Shown here: piece by piece, positions 1-10,486 of the stretch | How the letters are laid out: every line of letters begins with the position of its first letter | Numbering within the stretch: the first letter of the stretch is position 1 | From: Rhizobiales bacterium 62-17 | GTDB lineage: Bacteria; Pseudomonadota; Alphaproteobacteria; Rhizobiales; Beijerinckiaceae | Direction of reading: 5' to 3' | Length of the DNA stretch: 64,000 nucleotides | NCBI GenBank assembly: GCA_001898965.1 | Contig: MKVW01000009.1 | Span: forward strand, 1,776,818 to 1,840,817 | Translations under genes and position numbers: made by a program | Notes under the pieces: model-generated | Told to the model about the DNA's origin: nothing | What the model saw: only the letters and a program-made list of their open reading frames with translations | Databases searched by the model: none

Positions 1-883
1 TCGGCGGCAGGGCGGCGGCTTTCTTTTCCGCTTCCGTCATCCGGCTCTCGCGGCTTTCCTGCGAGACGACCCGCAAAGCCTGCCCGAGGGGCGTACCATA
101 CTTTTCCGACTGAATGAGCACGGTCACGATCTGCTGGATCGAGTCAAGACCCGTGCGTTTGCCGAGATTGTCGAAGGCGACGCGCCTGTCTTGCAGATAG
201 GACAGTTCCGCGGTCGCTAAAGTGAATTCCTCGGCTAGCGGCACGCTTTGGGCGCCGATTTCCTGGGAAACGCGCCGAAACGCCTGTTCGATGGAAGATC
301 CGGATTCGACGCAGATCAGCAGCAGATCGAGCGCGTCGGGGAAAGCGCGACGCATCGACTGCTGGCGTTTCTGAATCGTGTTCTTGATGTAAAGCTCGGG
401 CCCCTTGATGCCGATATAGGCCATGGCAAGGGCAGCGCCGAGCTTGACGATGGGTGGCGCTTCCCAATTGAGAATCAAGAAAACATAGATGAGCGTGAGG
501 AAGAACGTCAGGAGTGGTGCGACAAGGCGGAAGAACAGAAAGGCCGTTTCCGCCTGCGGACCACGAAAGCCCGCCATTGCCATCTGTTCCTTGGCATTAT
601 CGGTGCCCAGCCATTTCGACAGATTGAACTGATCGACAATCTGCTTCATGTAGGCCTTCGGCTGTTGCCGAAGCGTGACTTTTTGACTGCTTTTCATCCG
701 CTCGCGTTCGCGCGCGCGGATGCGTTCGCGTTCGGTGCCGACGGCTTTCATGCGACGGTTGAGCGTGTCGGTTTCAAGCAGGGGGAGACCGATGGTGATG
801 ATGGCAGCCGCGCAGGCGACCGCGAACACCAAGGTCAGCAGGACCTGGGGATCATTCAATTTCTCTGTGATGGTGCCGATCAT
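1..883 (-). CDS. tadC: Tad/Flp pilus assembly inner-membrane protein TadC (type II secretion system F family); 5' part only, the gene runs off the window start
   Basis: Own translation of the minus strand from ATG (rc of 881-883): MIGTITEKLNDPQVLLTLVFAVACAAAIITIGLPLLETD... with TM segments and GspF-like motifs. It lies immediately downstream of tadB. It is not in the ORF track because there is no in-window stop. Confidence 0.8.
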   Translation of the reverse strand, partial: MIGTITEKLNDPQVLLTLVFAVACAAAIITIGLPLLETDTLNRRMKAVGTERERIRARERERMKSSQKVTLRQQPKAYMKQIVDQFNLSKWLGTDNAKEQMAMAGFRGPQAETAFLFFRLVAPLLTFFLTLIYVFLILNWEAPPIVKLGAALAMAYIGIKGPELYIKNTIQKRQQSMRRAFPDALDLLLICVESGSSIEQAFRRVSQEIGAQSVPLAEEFTLATAELSYLQDRRVAFDNLGKRTGLDSIQQIVTVLIQSEKYGTPLGQALRVVSQESRESRMTEAEKKAAALPP

Positions 884-894
884 TGTCGCTGCAC

Positions 895-1875
895 CTACAT
901 ATCGAAGTTGATCATTTTACGCATCGACAAGACGCCGATGAGCATCCAAAGCGCACAGACACCCATGACGATGCGTCCGCTGGGATTGGTCCACAGCAGG
1001 GAGATATAGCCGGGCGCGGTAGCATAAACGAGGCCGCCGACGGCAAAAGGCAACGAAGCGATGATGCTGGCGGACGCCTTGGCTTCGGCGGAGACGGCCT
1101 TGATCTTCGCTTTCATTTTCTTGCGGTCGCGCAAGACGCGCGACAGATTGCCGAGCGCTTCAGAAAGATTGCCGCCGGACTTCTGTTGAATGCCGATGAC
1201 GAGAGCGAAGAAGTTGGCTTCAGGCACCGGCACGCGTACGGCAAGCTTCTCGATCGCTTCGCCGAGGGGCATGCCGACACTTTGCGTTTCGACAATATAG
1301 CGGAATTCGCTGCGGACCGGCTCTGCGGCTTCGGAGGCGATGACGCGCAGACAATCGGCGAGCGGCAAGCCAGCCTTCACGCCTCGAATGATAACATCGA
1401 TGGCATTGGGGAATTCATCGATGAACTTGTTGATACGCCGTTTGCGCTTGTAATTGATAAACCAGTTCGGCAAGCCGAGGCCGCCGATGATCAGGCAGGC
1501 CAGGGCATAGAAAGGATTGGCTGTCAGAACGAAAAAGCCGGCGCCGCAGATCACACCGATGATGGCCGAGACCGTATAGAACTTGCTTTTTGACCAATCC
1601 AAACCGGCCTGAGCGATACGATCTTCCAACGCCGCTTTCTTGCGGGTGGACTTTTCTTCCAGTTCCTTGAGGCTTTCGGCGATTTTTTGGCGCCGCGCCG
1701 CGATATCCGTGTTGCGCTCGTTGCTCGCCGGACCTCGGCCCTTGGCCGTCAAGCTGCGCTGGCGCCGCTCGGCTTTGATACTCCCGGATAGATAAGGATA
1801 GACCAGCGCGTAGAATACGCAGCCGGCCGCCACCAGAACCAAACCCGAAACCATGAGCGTGTTTTGATCCATCAC
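895..1875 (-). CDS. tadB: Tad pilus assembly membrane protein TadB (T2SS F-family)
   Basis: 326-aa ORF with N- and C-terminal TM helices and a central cytoplasmic domain, typical TadB/CpaG; positioned between cpaF and tadC. Confidence 0.88.
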   Translation of the reverse strand: MMDQNTLMVSGLVLVAAGCVFYALVYPYLSGSIKAERRQRSLTAKGRGPASNERNTDIAARRQKIAESLKELEEKSTRKKAALEDRIAQAGLDWSKSKFYTVSAIIGVICGAGFFVLTANPFYALACLIIGGLGLPNWFINYKRKRRINKFIDEFPNAIDVIIRGVKAGLPLADCLRVIASEAAEPVRSEFRYIVETQSVGMPLGEAIEKLAVRVPVPEANFFALVIGIQQKSGGNLSEALGNLSRVLRDRKKMKAKIKAVSAEAKASASIIASLPFAVGGLVYATAPGYISLLWTNPSGRIVMGVCALWMLIGVLSMRKMINFDM

Positions 1876-3317
1876 GCTGTTGCCTCGCCGGTATCGGAAG
1901 CGTCGAGGGCAGCGGCGAGGCGTTGTTCCTCGCCGAAGTAGCGGGCGCGGTCCCAGAAGCGCGGCCGGCCGATGCCGGTCGAGCGATGCCGTCCCAGCAG
2001 ACGGCCGGCGGCATCTTCGCCGACGATGTCATAGAGGAAGAGATCCTGAGTGATGATCACTTCGCCTTCCATGCCGAGCACTTCGGTGATGTGTGTGATC
2101 CGGCGCGAACCGTCGCGCAAGCGGGCCGCCTGGATGATCACGTCGACCGAAGAGACGATCATGTCGCGGATTGTCCGGGCGGGCAGCGAAAAGCCGCCCA
2201 TGGTGATCATCGATTCGAGACGCCCGAGGGCCTCGCGCGGTGAGTTGGCGTGCAGAGTGCCCATCGAGCCGTCGTGGCCGGTGTTCATCGCCTGCAACAG
2301 ATCGAACGCCTCGGGGCCGCGCACTTCGCCGACGATGATGCGTTCAGGGCGCATACGCAGGCAGTTGCGCACCAGATCGCGCATATGAACGGCGCCATTG
2401 CCTTCAAGATTGGGCGGGCGGGTTTCGAGCCGCACCACGTGGGGCTGCTGCAATTGCAGTTCCGCCGCGTCCTCGCAGGTGACCACCCGCTCGTCGGCAT
2501 CGATGTAATTGGTTAGGCAATTGAGGAGCGTCGTCTTGCCGGAACCCGTACCGCCGGAGATCAGCACGTTGCAGCGCACGCGGCCGATGATCTTGAGGAT
2601 TTCGGCACCCTCCGACGAGATCGAGCCGTAGCGCGTCAACTGATCGAGGGTGAGTTTGTCCTTGCGGAATTTACGGATCGTGAGCGCCGGGCCGTCCAGA
2701 GCGAGGGGTGGGGCGATGACGTTGACGCGGGAACCGTCGGGCAGACGGGCGTCGCAGATTGGCGAGGCTTCATCGACACGCCGGCCCACCTGGCTGACGA
2801 TACGCTGGCAGATGTTCATCAATTGCGCATTGTCGCGGAAGCGGATGCTGGTGAGCTGAATCTTGCCACCCACTTCGATATAGGTGCTGGTGGCGCCGTT
2901 CACCATGATGTCGGCGATGTCGTCGCGACCGAGCAGCGGCTCAAGAGGGCCGTAGCCAAGAACGTCGTTACAAATGTCGTCGAGCAGATCTTCCTGCTCG
3001 GAAATCGACATGACGATGTTCTTGATGGAAATGATCTCGTTGACGATGTCGCGAATTTCCTCGCGCGCGCTCTCGGCATCGAGTTTGGAAAGCTGCGACA
3101 GATCGATGGCTTCGATCAGCGCGCCGAAGATCATGCTTTTGGTAAGATAATATTCCTCCGACCGGCGAACCTCGGTCTGCACCGGTGCGGTTTCGACAGT
3201 CGGCATGGCAGCGGGCATGGGCGTGCGCGAAGGGCGGGGCGCAGCCGCTGCGGGCTTGGCCTCGGGGATCGCCCGTACCGGTGCTGCCGTTCCTGTGGAT
3301 GATCGCTTGCCGAACAT
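1872..3317 (-). CDS. cpaF: CpaF/TadA secretion ATPase of the Tad pilus
   Basis: 481 aa; Walker [15 protein letters not shown] and VirB11/GspE-like Asp and His boxes; stop/start overlap with tadB. Confidence 0.92.
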   Translation of the reverse strand: MFGKRSSTGTAAPVRAIPEAKPAAAAPRPSRTPMPAAMPTVETAPVQTEVRRSEEYYLTKSMIFGALIEAIDLSQLSKLDAESAREEIRDIVNEIISIKNIVMSISEQEDLLDDICNDVLGYGPLEPLLGRDDIADIMVNGATSTYIEVGGKIQLTSIRFRDNAQLMNICQRIVSQVGRRVDEASPICDARLPDGSRVNVIAPPLALDGPALTIRKFRKDKLTLDQLTRYGSISSEGAEILKIIGRVRCNVLISGGTGSGKTTLLNCLTNYIDADERVVTCEDAAELQLQQPHVVRLETRPPNLEGNGAVHMRDLVRNCLRMRPERIIVGEVRGPEAFDLLQAMNTGHDGSMGTLHANSPREALGRLESMITMGGFSLPARTIRDMIVSSVDVIIQAARLRDGSRRITHITEVLGMEGEVIITQDLFLYDIVGEDAAGRLLGRHRSTGIGRPRFWDRARYFGEEQRLAAALDASDTGEATA

Positions 3318-3358
3318 CGTTTACGCCTTGCTCTTCAACGCGGGCGGAGGGGCCGCCG

Positions 3359-4621
3359 TCAGGACCGCTTACGTGCCAGAAGGGCACTGAGCGGGTTAGA
3401 GAATCGTTTCTTCGTCAGCTTCATTTCTGCCCTTCCGGTCAGAATCCGGGCGATTTCCTCGATTGCGGCGGTCACATTATGGGAGGAATCGATCTCGGCG
3501 ATCATTTGGCCGTTATTGGCGGCCGTTCCGAACAGTTTCGGATCGAACGCGATGCTGCTCAGCGGCTCGAGATCGATGGCCTTGGCGAAATCAGCCACGG
3601 ATATTTCCGGCCGTTTCGGCACGCCGACGAAGTTCATGACCAGTTTGGGAGGCGTATCGTTCGGGCGGGCGGCCCGCAGCGTGTCGAGCAGGCTCTTGGT
3701 ATTGCGCAGGCTGGCGAGATCGGGCGAAGCGACGACGAGGATTTCGTCGGCGGACACCAGAATGCGCCGGCTCCAGGCCGTCCAGATGTGCGGGACGTCC
3801 AGAACGATATTGGGAATGGTCGAACGCAATATGTCGATCAGGCCGTCGAATGCATGTTCCTGCAGATCGTAGTTGCGCTCCAATGTGGCAGGCGCCGCCA
3901 GCAGGCTGAGGTTTTCGGTGCATTTCGACAGCAGGCGATCGACGAAATTGGCATCCAGGCGCTCTGGCGCGAAGACAATTTCGGCAATGCCCTGTGGCGG
4001 ATCCTGGTTGAAATCGAGGCCAGCCGTTCCGAAGCCCAAATCCATGTCGACGAGAACCGTCGATGAGTCGAATTCGCGCGAAATGGCCCAAGCCACGTTA
4101 TGCGCGATGCTGGAGGCACCCACCCCGCCTTTGACGCCCGTGACCGCCAGAAGCCGGCCGACCGGCGTGGCGCCCACCGACGCATAAAGATCGGAAATGA
4201 TGCGAACGAACGATAGAACCTCGAAAGGCGAAACGATATATTCGCTGACCCCGCGACCCATCAATTCGCGGTAGAGGCTGATATCGTTGGAGCGCCCAAT
4301 GACCACAACGCGCGTTCCGGCATCGCAATAGTCGGCGAGCTCGTCGAGATGGGTCAGCAGCACATGGCGTGGCTGATTGCATTCGATGACGATGACGTTG
4401 GGCGTAGGGGCGCTGCGATAGGCTTCGATGGCGGCGGCGGCACCGCCCATGTGGATCTTCACATGCGCCTTCAGCATGCGTCGATCGTTCATCGACGCGG
4501 TGATTGTATCGGCGGTGTCGGGCATTTCGCAAAATGCCTGGATAGAGACACGTGGCACCGGGGCGATCTGCCCCTGCGTGGCCTCGATCTGGTCGCCGTC
4601 GAGCGTACCTTCGGCCTCCAT
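3359..4621 (-). CDS. cpaE: CpaE pilus assembly protein (MinD/ParA-like ATPase with N-terminal receiver-like domain)
   Basis: 420 aa; deviant Walker A GVKGGVGASSIAHN; position between cpaD and cpaF. Confidence 0.85.
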   Translation of the reverse strand: MEAEGTLDGDQIEATQGQIAPVPRVSIQAFCEMPDTADTITASMNDRRMLKAHVKIHMGGAAAAIEAYRSAPTPNVIVIECNQPRHVLLTHLDELADYCDAGTRVVVIGRSNDISLYRELMGRGVSEYIVSPFEVLSFVRIISDLYASVGATPVGRLLAVTGVKGGVGASSIAHNVAWAISREFDSSTVLVDMDLGFGTAGLDFNQDPPQGIAEIVFAPERLDANFVDRLLSKCTENLSLLAAPATLERNYDLQEHAFDGLIDILRSTIPNIVLDVPHIWTAWSRRILVSADEILVVASPDLASLRNTKSLLDTLRAARPNDTPPKLVMNFVGVPKRPEISVADFAKAIDLEPLSSIAFDPKLFGTAANNGQMIAEIDSSHNVTAAIEEIARILTGRAEMKLTKKRFSNPLSALLARKRS

Positions 4622-5373
4622 TAGTTGCCTCCTGTCGAACCGATGGAGCTGTTACGCACCATCCATTTGACCGAAGGATCGTCACCCGTCCGCACCTTGC
4701 CGATGGCGCGTGTGCGCATGGAAACGTCGCCTGGCGTTTCGCCACGCGGCGCCGCGAGATCGCGCGGATCAGCCACCTGGCTGGCGAAATTGGCCTGCGT
4801 CGCGCAGCCGAAGTTCCAGTAAGATTTGTTTTCCCAGCCTTCCATGCTGCTGGCCGAGGCCAGATCACGGGGCCACTCGCCGCAGGGCCGCGTGGTGCGA
4901 GCGCCCAGGCCGACATAGCTCAGTCGAATGGGAGAGGCTTGCATGGGATCGTTGGGGAGATAGGTGCCGACTTGCACGTAACCCTTGACGCCGGAGGCGT
5001 GCAGTTGCTGGCGGATTTGATCGACGGCCGGGCGGGCAAATGAGTGGCTGCCCCCGTTGGCCGGCATTTGAATGACGACCGGGCCATGGCCGTTGACAAG
5101 ATAGTCGGCGGCGAAAGAGCGGATGCGTTGCGCATTGCTCTTATCAAGCCCACGCATGGTTGGGAAAATGTCGAGTGTGGTCGGCGTTTCCGTCAGGACG
5201 ATCGGATAGCGGGCGCGGAAGTCCTCGGGATAACCGGTCGCTGTCGTAAGTCGGTCCGGCGTGGCGCACCCTGCTAAGGATGCCGCCATAGTGGCAACGA
5301 GGAAGCAGCCGGCGACGGATCGCGATACAAGCTGGCCCGAAGTGAAGATAGGCAACATGGATCTCTGTCCCAT
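4621..5373 (-). CDS. cpaD: CpaD pilus assembly lipoprotein
   Basis: 250 aa; lipoprotein signal ...SLAGCATPD; start overlaps the cpaE stop; conserved position in cpa operons. Confidence 0.75.
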   Translation of the reverse strand: MGQRSMLPIFTSGQLVSRSVAGCFLVATMAASLAGCATPDRLTTATGYPEDFRARYPIVLTETPTTLDIFPTMRGLDKSNAQRIRSFAADYLVNGHGPVVIQMPANGGSHSFARPAVDQIRQQLHASGVKGYVQVGTYLPNDPMQASPIRLSYVGLGARTTRPCGEWPRDLASASSMEGWENKSYWNFGCATQANFASQVADPRDLAAPRGETPGDVSMRTRAIGKVRTGDDPSVKWMVRNSSIGSTGGN

Positions 5374-5393
5374 ACAAGAAAGCGGTGAAGCAC

Positions 5394-6908
5394 TCAGTCC
5401 GCGATGAAGCCGAAACTGCCTCTGAAACCTTTGATGGCTTGCGGGTTGGACGTGGTCGAATACAGGCGATTGACACGGCCCAGGAGCCAGCTCTGCGGAT
5501 CGCTCGCGTCGGCATAGCCTTCATCCGGCCGCTTCAGATCGTTCGGATTGCTGACCTTGGCAATATAGGGCGTGATGATGATCATGAGTTCAGTCTCTCG
5601 CCGCTGGTAGTCGCGGGAGCGAAATAAACTGCCGAGAACCGGCAGGTTCATGAGGCCGGGCAGGCCGTTGATGATCTGCATGCTCGTGGATTGCAGCAGG
5701 CCGGCCGAAGCGATCGAGCCACCGGAGGGTAGTTCGACGCTGGTTTCATTCTTGCGCGTGCGGAAGCCTGGAACGCTGACACCGTTGAAGGCATAGGATT
5801 GCGTCGGGTCGACTTCGGTGACTTCCGTGGCGACGCGCAGCAAAATGCGCCCTTCCGCCAGCACCACCGGCGTGAAGTTGAGCGTCACACCATAGTTCTT
5901 GAAGACGATGCCGGTCGTGCACAGCGTCGTGCCGGTGGTGGTGGGCGTACACGTCTGGCTCTGCGGAACAGGTATTTCGCCGCCCGCCGTGAATTTCGCC
6001 GTTTCGCCCGAGATGGCCGTCACCGTGGGTTCGGCGAGCACGCGGGCAACGCCGTAGCGTTCATAGGCCTGCAACTGCGCCCCAATCGCATTGGTGGTGG
6101 CCAATTTGCCGAGCGTCACGCCGTTTTGGTCGAAACTCTGCAGGCCGAAGGGATTGATCATCGAGAACCGGCCCCAGCTCCCGTTGGCCGTTGCCGTGCT
6201 CACGCCCAATTGCTTCATCACCTGGCGTTGGATTTCGGCGACGCTGACTTTCAGCATCACCTGATCGCGGCCACGGATCGTCAACGAGTTGATGAGCTTG
6301 CCGCCACCGCCGACACCGGATGCCGCGGTCGCCGCATTTGTCATCGCCATGCCGCTGCCCAGAAAGCCGTTGGCGATGTCCATGGCCTTCTGCGCGTCGC
6401 CGGCGGAATCGACTTCGCCGGTCAGAATGATGGTCTCATCGACCGTGCGCGCGGTGATATTGGCTGTCGGGATGGCGGTGCGCAGGATGCGCTGCAGCTC
6501 GCCGACGTCGCGCCCCACCGAAATTTCGATGACCGCGATCTGCCGACCCTGCGCGTCCATGGCGAAGATCGAGGTCTGTCCGCCTTCGGCCGCGATAATA
6601 TAGAGTTTGCGTGCCGACCGGACGATCGCATTGGCCACTTTGGGGTTGGCGACGAAGATTTCCGAAGCATCACGCGGCAGATCGAGAATGATGGATTTAC
6701 CGACACCAAGATTGAGACGGCGTGCCACCACTCCTTCGTTCTCGATGGCTTGCGACTGAATGGTTTGCGCCATTGCAGGCTGCGGCAGCAGTCCCGCAGC
6801 GCCGATCAGCGCCGCACCGACAAGGGCCGCATGCGAACTCTGCTTGGAAAGACCGAATGTCATGAATCTCTTCCGCATGCCCGTGGCTCCAGGGACAATC
6901 GGTTTCAT
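5394..6908 (-). CDS. cpaC: CpaC outer-membrane secretin (type II/III secretion system secretin family)
   Basis: 504 aa; signal peptide, BON/secretin-N region and C-terminal secretin domain (GLPGLMNLPVLGSLFRS...). Confidence 0.9.
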   Translation of the reverse strand: MKPIVPGATGMRKRFMTFGLSKQSSHAALVGAALIGAAGLLPQPAMAQTIQSQAIENEGVVARRLNLGVGKSIILDLPRDASEIFVANPKVANAIVRSARKLYIIAAEGGQTSIFAMDAQGRQIAVIEISVGRDVGELQRILRTAIPTANITARTVDETIILTGEVDSAGDAQKAMDIANGFLGSGMAMTNAATAASGVGGGGKLINSLTIRGRDQVMLKVSVAEIQRQVMKQLGVSTATANGSWGRFSMINPFGLQSFDQNGVTLGKLATTNAIGAQLQAYERYGVARVLAEPTVTAISGETAKFTAGGEIPVPQSQTCTPTTTGTTLCTTGIVFKNYGVTLNFTPVVLAEGRILLRVATEVTEVDPTQSYAFNGVSVPGFRTRKNETSVELPSGGSIASAGLLQSTSMQIINGLPGLMNLPVLGSLFRSRDYQRRETELMIIITPYIAKVSNPNDLKRPDEGYADASDPQSWLLGRVNRLYSTTSNPQAIKGFRGSFGFIAD

Positions 6909-7744
6909 TTCTTGCTCACAGTGCTAGGGACACCGAAGCGGACGATCGTGAGGCCGCCTTCGTCCCGGTTTTCGGATTCGTCGTCGGCTTTGTTGGCGTC
7001 AAACATGCTGCGCAACACGAGCGAGAGCTGGCCCACCCGTTGGGCCAGGATGAGCTTTTCCGCCTGGGCCTGCGAAACTTCCAAGGTTGCGTTGGAGCCG
7101 ACGACGACCTTTTCGCCGTTCTTCTCCTGGATGTTCTGGCCGATGGCCAGAACGCGCATGTTCTTCAAGATCGTTTCGCTGGTATAGGTATCGCCGCCTT
7201 GTTCATCGCGGACGATACGCACGATATCGACCCGGTCGTTGGGCAGGATGAAGCCACCGGCGGAAGTGGCGCCGGTCGCGTCGATATTAATCGCGACCGC
7301 GCGCTGGCCGGTCGACAGAATGGCCGACAGAAAGCCGGCATTCGCGGCTTTGACGACTTTCTCGCGGCGGATCGGCTCGCCCTGCAGGAAACTGGATCGG
7401 GCGACGGCGCCCTTCAGGTCGGTGATGATGTTTGGATCCACCGACTTGCGGATCGCGCCTTCGCTGATGGAGGCTTTCGGCCAGACCGCCCAGGTGAGAT
7501 CACCTTCGGCGATGACCGTACCCATCGGCAATTCCTTGCTGCTGACGAGAACGTCGTCGGTTTCAATCTGCGGCGGTGGCGGCGGTGCCTGAATGATGGT
7601 CGGCACGCTCTTTTGCCCGCCCATCAACATGGCGGCCACGCCGCCGGCCGCGAGCGCGACGCCAAGAACTGCGAGACGAGCAACGTTCATGATTGTCTGA
7701 TCCGTACGGCCCCACCGAGTCCGGGACCGACTGAATACAAACAA
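6905..7744 (-). CDS. cpaB: CpaB Flp pilus assembly protein
   Basis: 279 aa; N-terminal TM/signal and SAF-like domain; overlaps the cpaC start by 4 nt. Confidence 0.85.
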   Translation of the reverse strand: MFVFSRSRTRWGRTDQTIMNVARLAVLGVALAAGGVAAMLMGGQKSVPTIIQAPPPPPQIETDDVLVSSKELPMGTVIAEGDLTWAVWPKASISEGAIRKSVDPNIITDLKGAVARSSFLQGEPIRREKVVKAANAGFLSAILSTGQRAVAINIDATGATSAGGFILPNDRVDIVRIVRDEQGGDTYTSETILKNMRVLAIGQNIQEKNGEKVVVGSNATLEVSQAQAEKLILAQRVGQLSLVLRSMFDANKADDESENRDEGGLTIVRFGVPSTVSKK

Positions 7745-7806
7745 GGAAACGTCAAATTAAGGTTAACTGGTTGTATCCATATGTACTGATCGGCTGTCCC
7801 GAACGG

Positions 7807-8313
7807 CTACATATTGCTCGTCGCGAGCCAGATCTGCGATTGCGGATAGATGTACAGGCCGGCCAGGGCGAGCGCGATCCCATAAGGAATGCCTTCGCGT
7901 TGATCATGCAGGCGCAGGACCCAATCGTAGCGGGTCAGGAAAGCCGGCAGCGGCCAGCGACGGATGGAGATGATGGCCAATGTCAGCACGGCGCCGAACA
8001 CGGAGGCGACGAGGCCATAGTTCATGACATGCGCCCATCCAAGCCAGATCGCCGAAGCGGCCGCGAGTTTTGCGTCGCCACCGCCCATCCAGCCGGCGCA
8101 GAACATGCCGAAAGTGATGACGAGAACGAGAGCCCCGCAGGCGAAGGCCCAAGCCATGTCCTGCCAAGAGAGGCCAACAGCGAAAGCGAGAACGAGATAG
8201 GCGACCACCAGTAGCAGCGAGATCCAATTCGAAATGGTCATCGTGAACAGATCGGAAAAAGCCGCATAGGTCATCGCCAAGGGAAATATGAGCAGCGCGG
8301 CAATATCGATCAT
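7807..8313 (-). CDS. cpaA: CpaA prepilin peptidase (A24 family)
   Basis: Polytopic membrane protein with GGGDAKL motif. Start taken at MIDIAALLIFPL (168 aa); an alternative upstream start is at 8391. Confidence 0.8.
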   Translation of the reverse strand: MIDIAALLIFPLAMTYAAFSDLFTMTISNWISLLLVVAYLVLAFAVGLSWQDMAWAFACGALVLVITFGMFCAGWMGGGDAKLAAASAIWLGWAHVMNYGLVASVFGAVLTLAIISIRRWPLPAFLTRYDWVLRLHDQREGIPYGIALALAGLYIYPQSQIWLATSNM

Positions 8314-8541
8314 GGTGGACCCGTCGGTTGAAGCGGCAAGGTAAATCGACAGGATTGACGAGAGCTTAACCAGCCAGCATCGGCGGAACATATGTGATCA
8401 AGGCGCAGCGCGAAGAATATCAGCGGCAATTCTCTCAATTTGAATGATCCGAGGCTGCGCCAAGTTCCCGGGTCTTTATCGTTCCTTCACCATTTTCATT
8501 TGTAATGTCTTGGAAATATTCCCCTTCCACGAGAGCGGAAA

Positions 8542-9030
8542 ATGCCTGTTTCGATGAGAGCTGTCCTGCCGTCGGGGCTCAGATGCCTGACGATTGCCGC
8601 GGCTCTTGCCGTTTGCGCGGTCGCCCCATCCAAAGCCGCAGAACAGATCACGGTCGTCCTTGATGAGGCGAAAGTCCTCCTGTTGCCGCCCAATACCTCG
8701 ACGATCATTCTCGGCAACCCGGCCATCGCCGACGTGTCGATGTTGAAACGCAATAACCAAATGATTTTGACCGGTAAAAACTTTGGCAGGACCAATCTGA
8801 TCGCGCTCGACGTGGACGGAAAATCGGTTGGCGAATCGACGGTGGTGGTGGTCAATTCGGCCGGTGGCGGTGGCCTTGTCTTACAGCGCGGTCTGCAGCG
8901 GGAAACTTACAACTGTTCGCCGATCTGCAATCCGACGGTCACCCTTGGCGATGATTCGAAATTCATGAACGAAACCTCGGGCCAGGCGCAGCAACGCCTC
9001 TCCACGTCATCGCCGGGCGCTAAAAAGTAA
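8542..9030 (+). CDS. secreted pilus-assembly N-terminal (secretin-N/BON-like) domain protein
   Basis: 162 aa; signal peptide then a domain resembling the CpaC N-terminal region; divergent from cpaA. Confidence 0.65.
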   Translation: MPVSMRAVLPSGLRCLTIAAALAVCAVAPSKAAEQITVVLDEAKVLLLPPNTSTIILGNPAIADVSMLKRNNQMILTGKNFGRTNLIALDVDGKSVGESTVVVVNSAGGGGLVLQRGLQRETYNCSPICNPTVTLGDDSKFMNETSGQAQQRLSTSSPGAKK

Positions 9031-9158
9031 ACAAAGCGTTAAAATCCACCGCCTGCTTCCCTGTGTACGTGAAGGGTTTGGGAAAGCGGCTGCGATTATG
9101 AACATTTCCCAGGACATTTGAATTACGTGCTGAATGTTTTCGCACGCCGGAGTTCTTC

Positions 9159-9809
9159 ATGCTTCGCCAGACAGCCGCCCGGGTCAGTCACAGGTTTCTC
9201 AGCCGGCGGCTGAGTCGGATTCTGAAGCGCTTCCGAAAGGACACCGACGGTGTCACCGCGGTCGAATTCGCCTTTATCGCCGTTCCCTTCTTTTCGCTGC
9301 TGTTCGTGATCTTTGAATCGGCACTGATGTTCTTTACCCAGCAGGGGCTCGAAGCGGCAACCGCTGAAGCGGCGCGGCAAATCATGACGGGCCATAACCT
9401 TTCGGGCACCGCCCCCAGCGGCGGCACGGCCCTGACGAGTTCGGAAGCCTTTCGCTCGCAGGTGATGTGCACTCTGAAGAGCCTGCCGAGCTTCATAGAC
9501 TGCAACAAGCTGATCATCGACGTGCGCAACCAGTCGGGTTTTGCCGGAGCGGACCTGAGCGGCGGCTTTTACACGGGCAATACACTCTTCCAAACTGGCG
9601 GCGCCAATTGCGTCGTCGTTTTGCGCGTGGTCTATCCCATGCCGGTCTTTTTGAATTTCTTGACACCGGACGGGCTGTCGACGAGCGGGCCCAATCGAGC
9701 CGGGCAGACCAATTATGGCGGTGGTTGGAAGCACATGCTGCTCGCCACTCAGGTTTTTCGGAACGAACCGTTCGGCGCTTCCGGTTCAGCTTCCGCGCCT
9801 TCGTGTTGA
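9159..9809 (+). CDS. TadE/TadG-like pseudopilin family protein
   Basis: TadE-like N-terminal motif GVTAVEFAFIAVPFFSLLF. Confidence 0.8.
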   Translation: MLRQTAARVSHRFLSRRLSRILKRFRKDTDGVTAVEFAFIAVPFFSLLFVIFESALMFFTQQGLEAATAEAARQIMTGHNLSGTAPSGGTALTSSEAFRSQVMCTLKSLPSFIDCNKLIIDVRNQSGFAGADLSGGFYTGNTLFQTGGANCVVVLRVVYPMPVFLNFLTPDGLSTSGPNRAGQTNYGGGWKHMLLATQVFRNEPFGASGSASAPSC

Positions 9810-9816
9810 GCGCCGC

Positions 9817-10482
9817 ATGACCTCGCACCTGCGCACCCCCTCCGGCGGCCTCCTGCGGCGTTTACGTCACGACAAGCGTGGTGTTGCGGCGGTCGAGTTT
9901 GCCCTCATTCTGCCGTTCATGTTGCTGCTTTATCTGGGCACGGCCGAGTTGACGCAAGGTCTCATGGCCAGTCGCAAATCGACCTTGGTGGCGCGTGCGC
10001 TTTCCGATCTCGTCGCTCAGTTGGCTTCCGGCTCCAACATGACCGAGACCGAGGCCACCAACGTTTTCAATGCGGCGACCGCGATCATGTCGCCGTTTCC
10101 CACCACCACTTTAAAGATGACGATAACCAGCGTCGAATTCGTCGTTAATAGCTCCAAGGCCAATGGCTACGATGCCAAGCCGCGCTGGACGATCACGCGC
10201 AATGGCGGCACGGCACGGCCTTGCACCATCCTCAATCCGGTGGCGAATACAGACGCACCGGCCAGCACCAACATGCCCAATGGCATGTATGGCGCCGGTT
10301 CGATCATTGTCGCCGATGTCACCTATGCCTATCAACCGCCCTTCGGCTCGGCGGTCCTGCAATGGAGCAGCACGGACGCCGCGATCAACATGCGGCAGAC
10401 GACCTATATGCGCCCGCGCAATCAGACGATCATCGCCATGCCGACAGCCGTCACCGGCGGCACGATCTGCCCCTCATCATAA
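9817..10482 (+). CDS. TadE-like protein (second paralogue)
   Basis: N-terminal GVAAVEFALILPFMLLLYLG. Start chosen at MTSHLRTP (ATG 9817), directly after the previous stop; the upstream extension in the ORF track overlaps the preceding gene. Confidence 0.75.
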   Translation: MTSHLRTPSGGLLRRLRHDKRGVAAVEFALILPFMLLLYLGTAELTQGLMASRKSTLVARALSDLVAQLASGSNMTETEATNVFNAATAIMSPFPTTTLKMTITSVEFVVNSSKANGYDAKPRWTITRNGGTARPCTILNPVANTDAPASTNMPNGMYGAGSIIVADVTYAYQPPFGSAVLQWSSTDAAINMRQTTYMRPRNQTIIAMPTAVTGGTICPSS

Positions 10483-10486
10483 GCTG

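Noticed and set aside
248-1593. Plus-strand ORFs 248..1009, 720..911 and 883..1593 (253, 63 and 236 aa)
   Set aside because: They are antisense to tadC/tadB, which have clear family motifs. They are typical high-GC shadow ORFs with no recognisable domains.
4098-4916. 272-aa minus-strand ORF rich in Arg/Ala overlapping cpaE/cpaD
   Set aside because: It is out-of-frame overlap with two well-supported genes, and its low-complexity Arg-rich composition is characteristic of GC-rich off-frame translation.
8392-9158. Searched for a small Flp/Fap pilin ORF (XXXXEY motif) between cpaA and the tadE genes
   Set aside because: No reading frame in these gaps encodes the conserved Flp N-terminus; only the 162-aa secretin-N-like protein is present.
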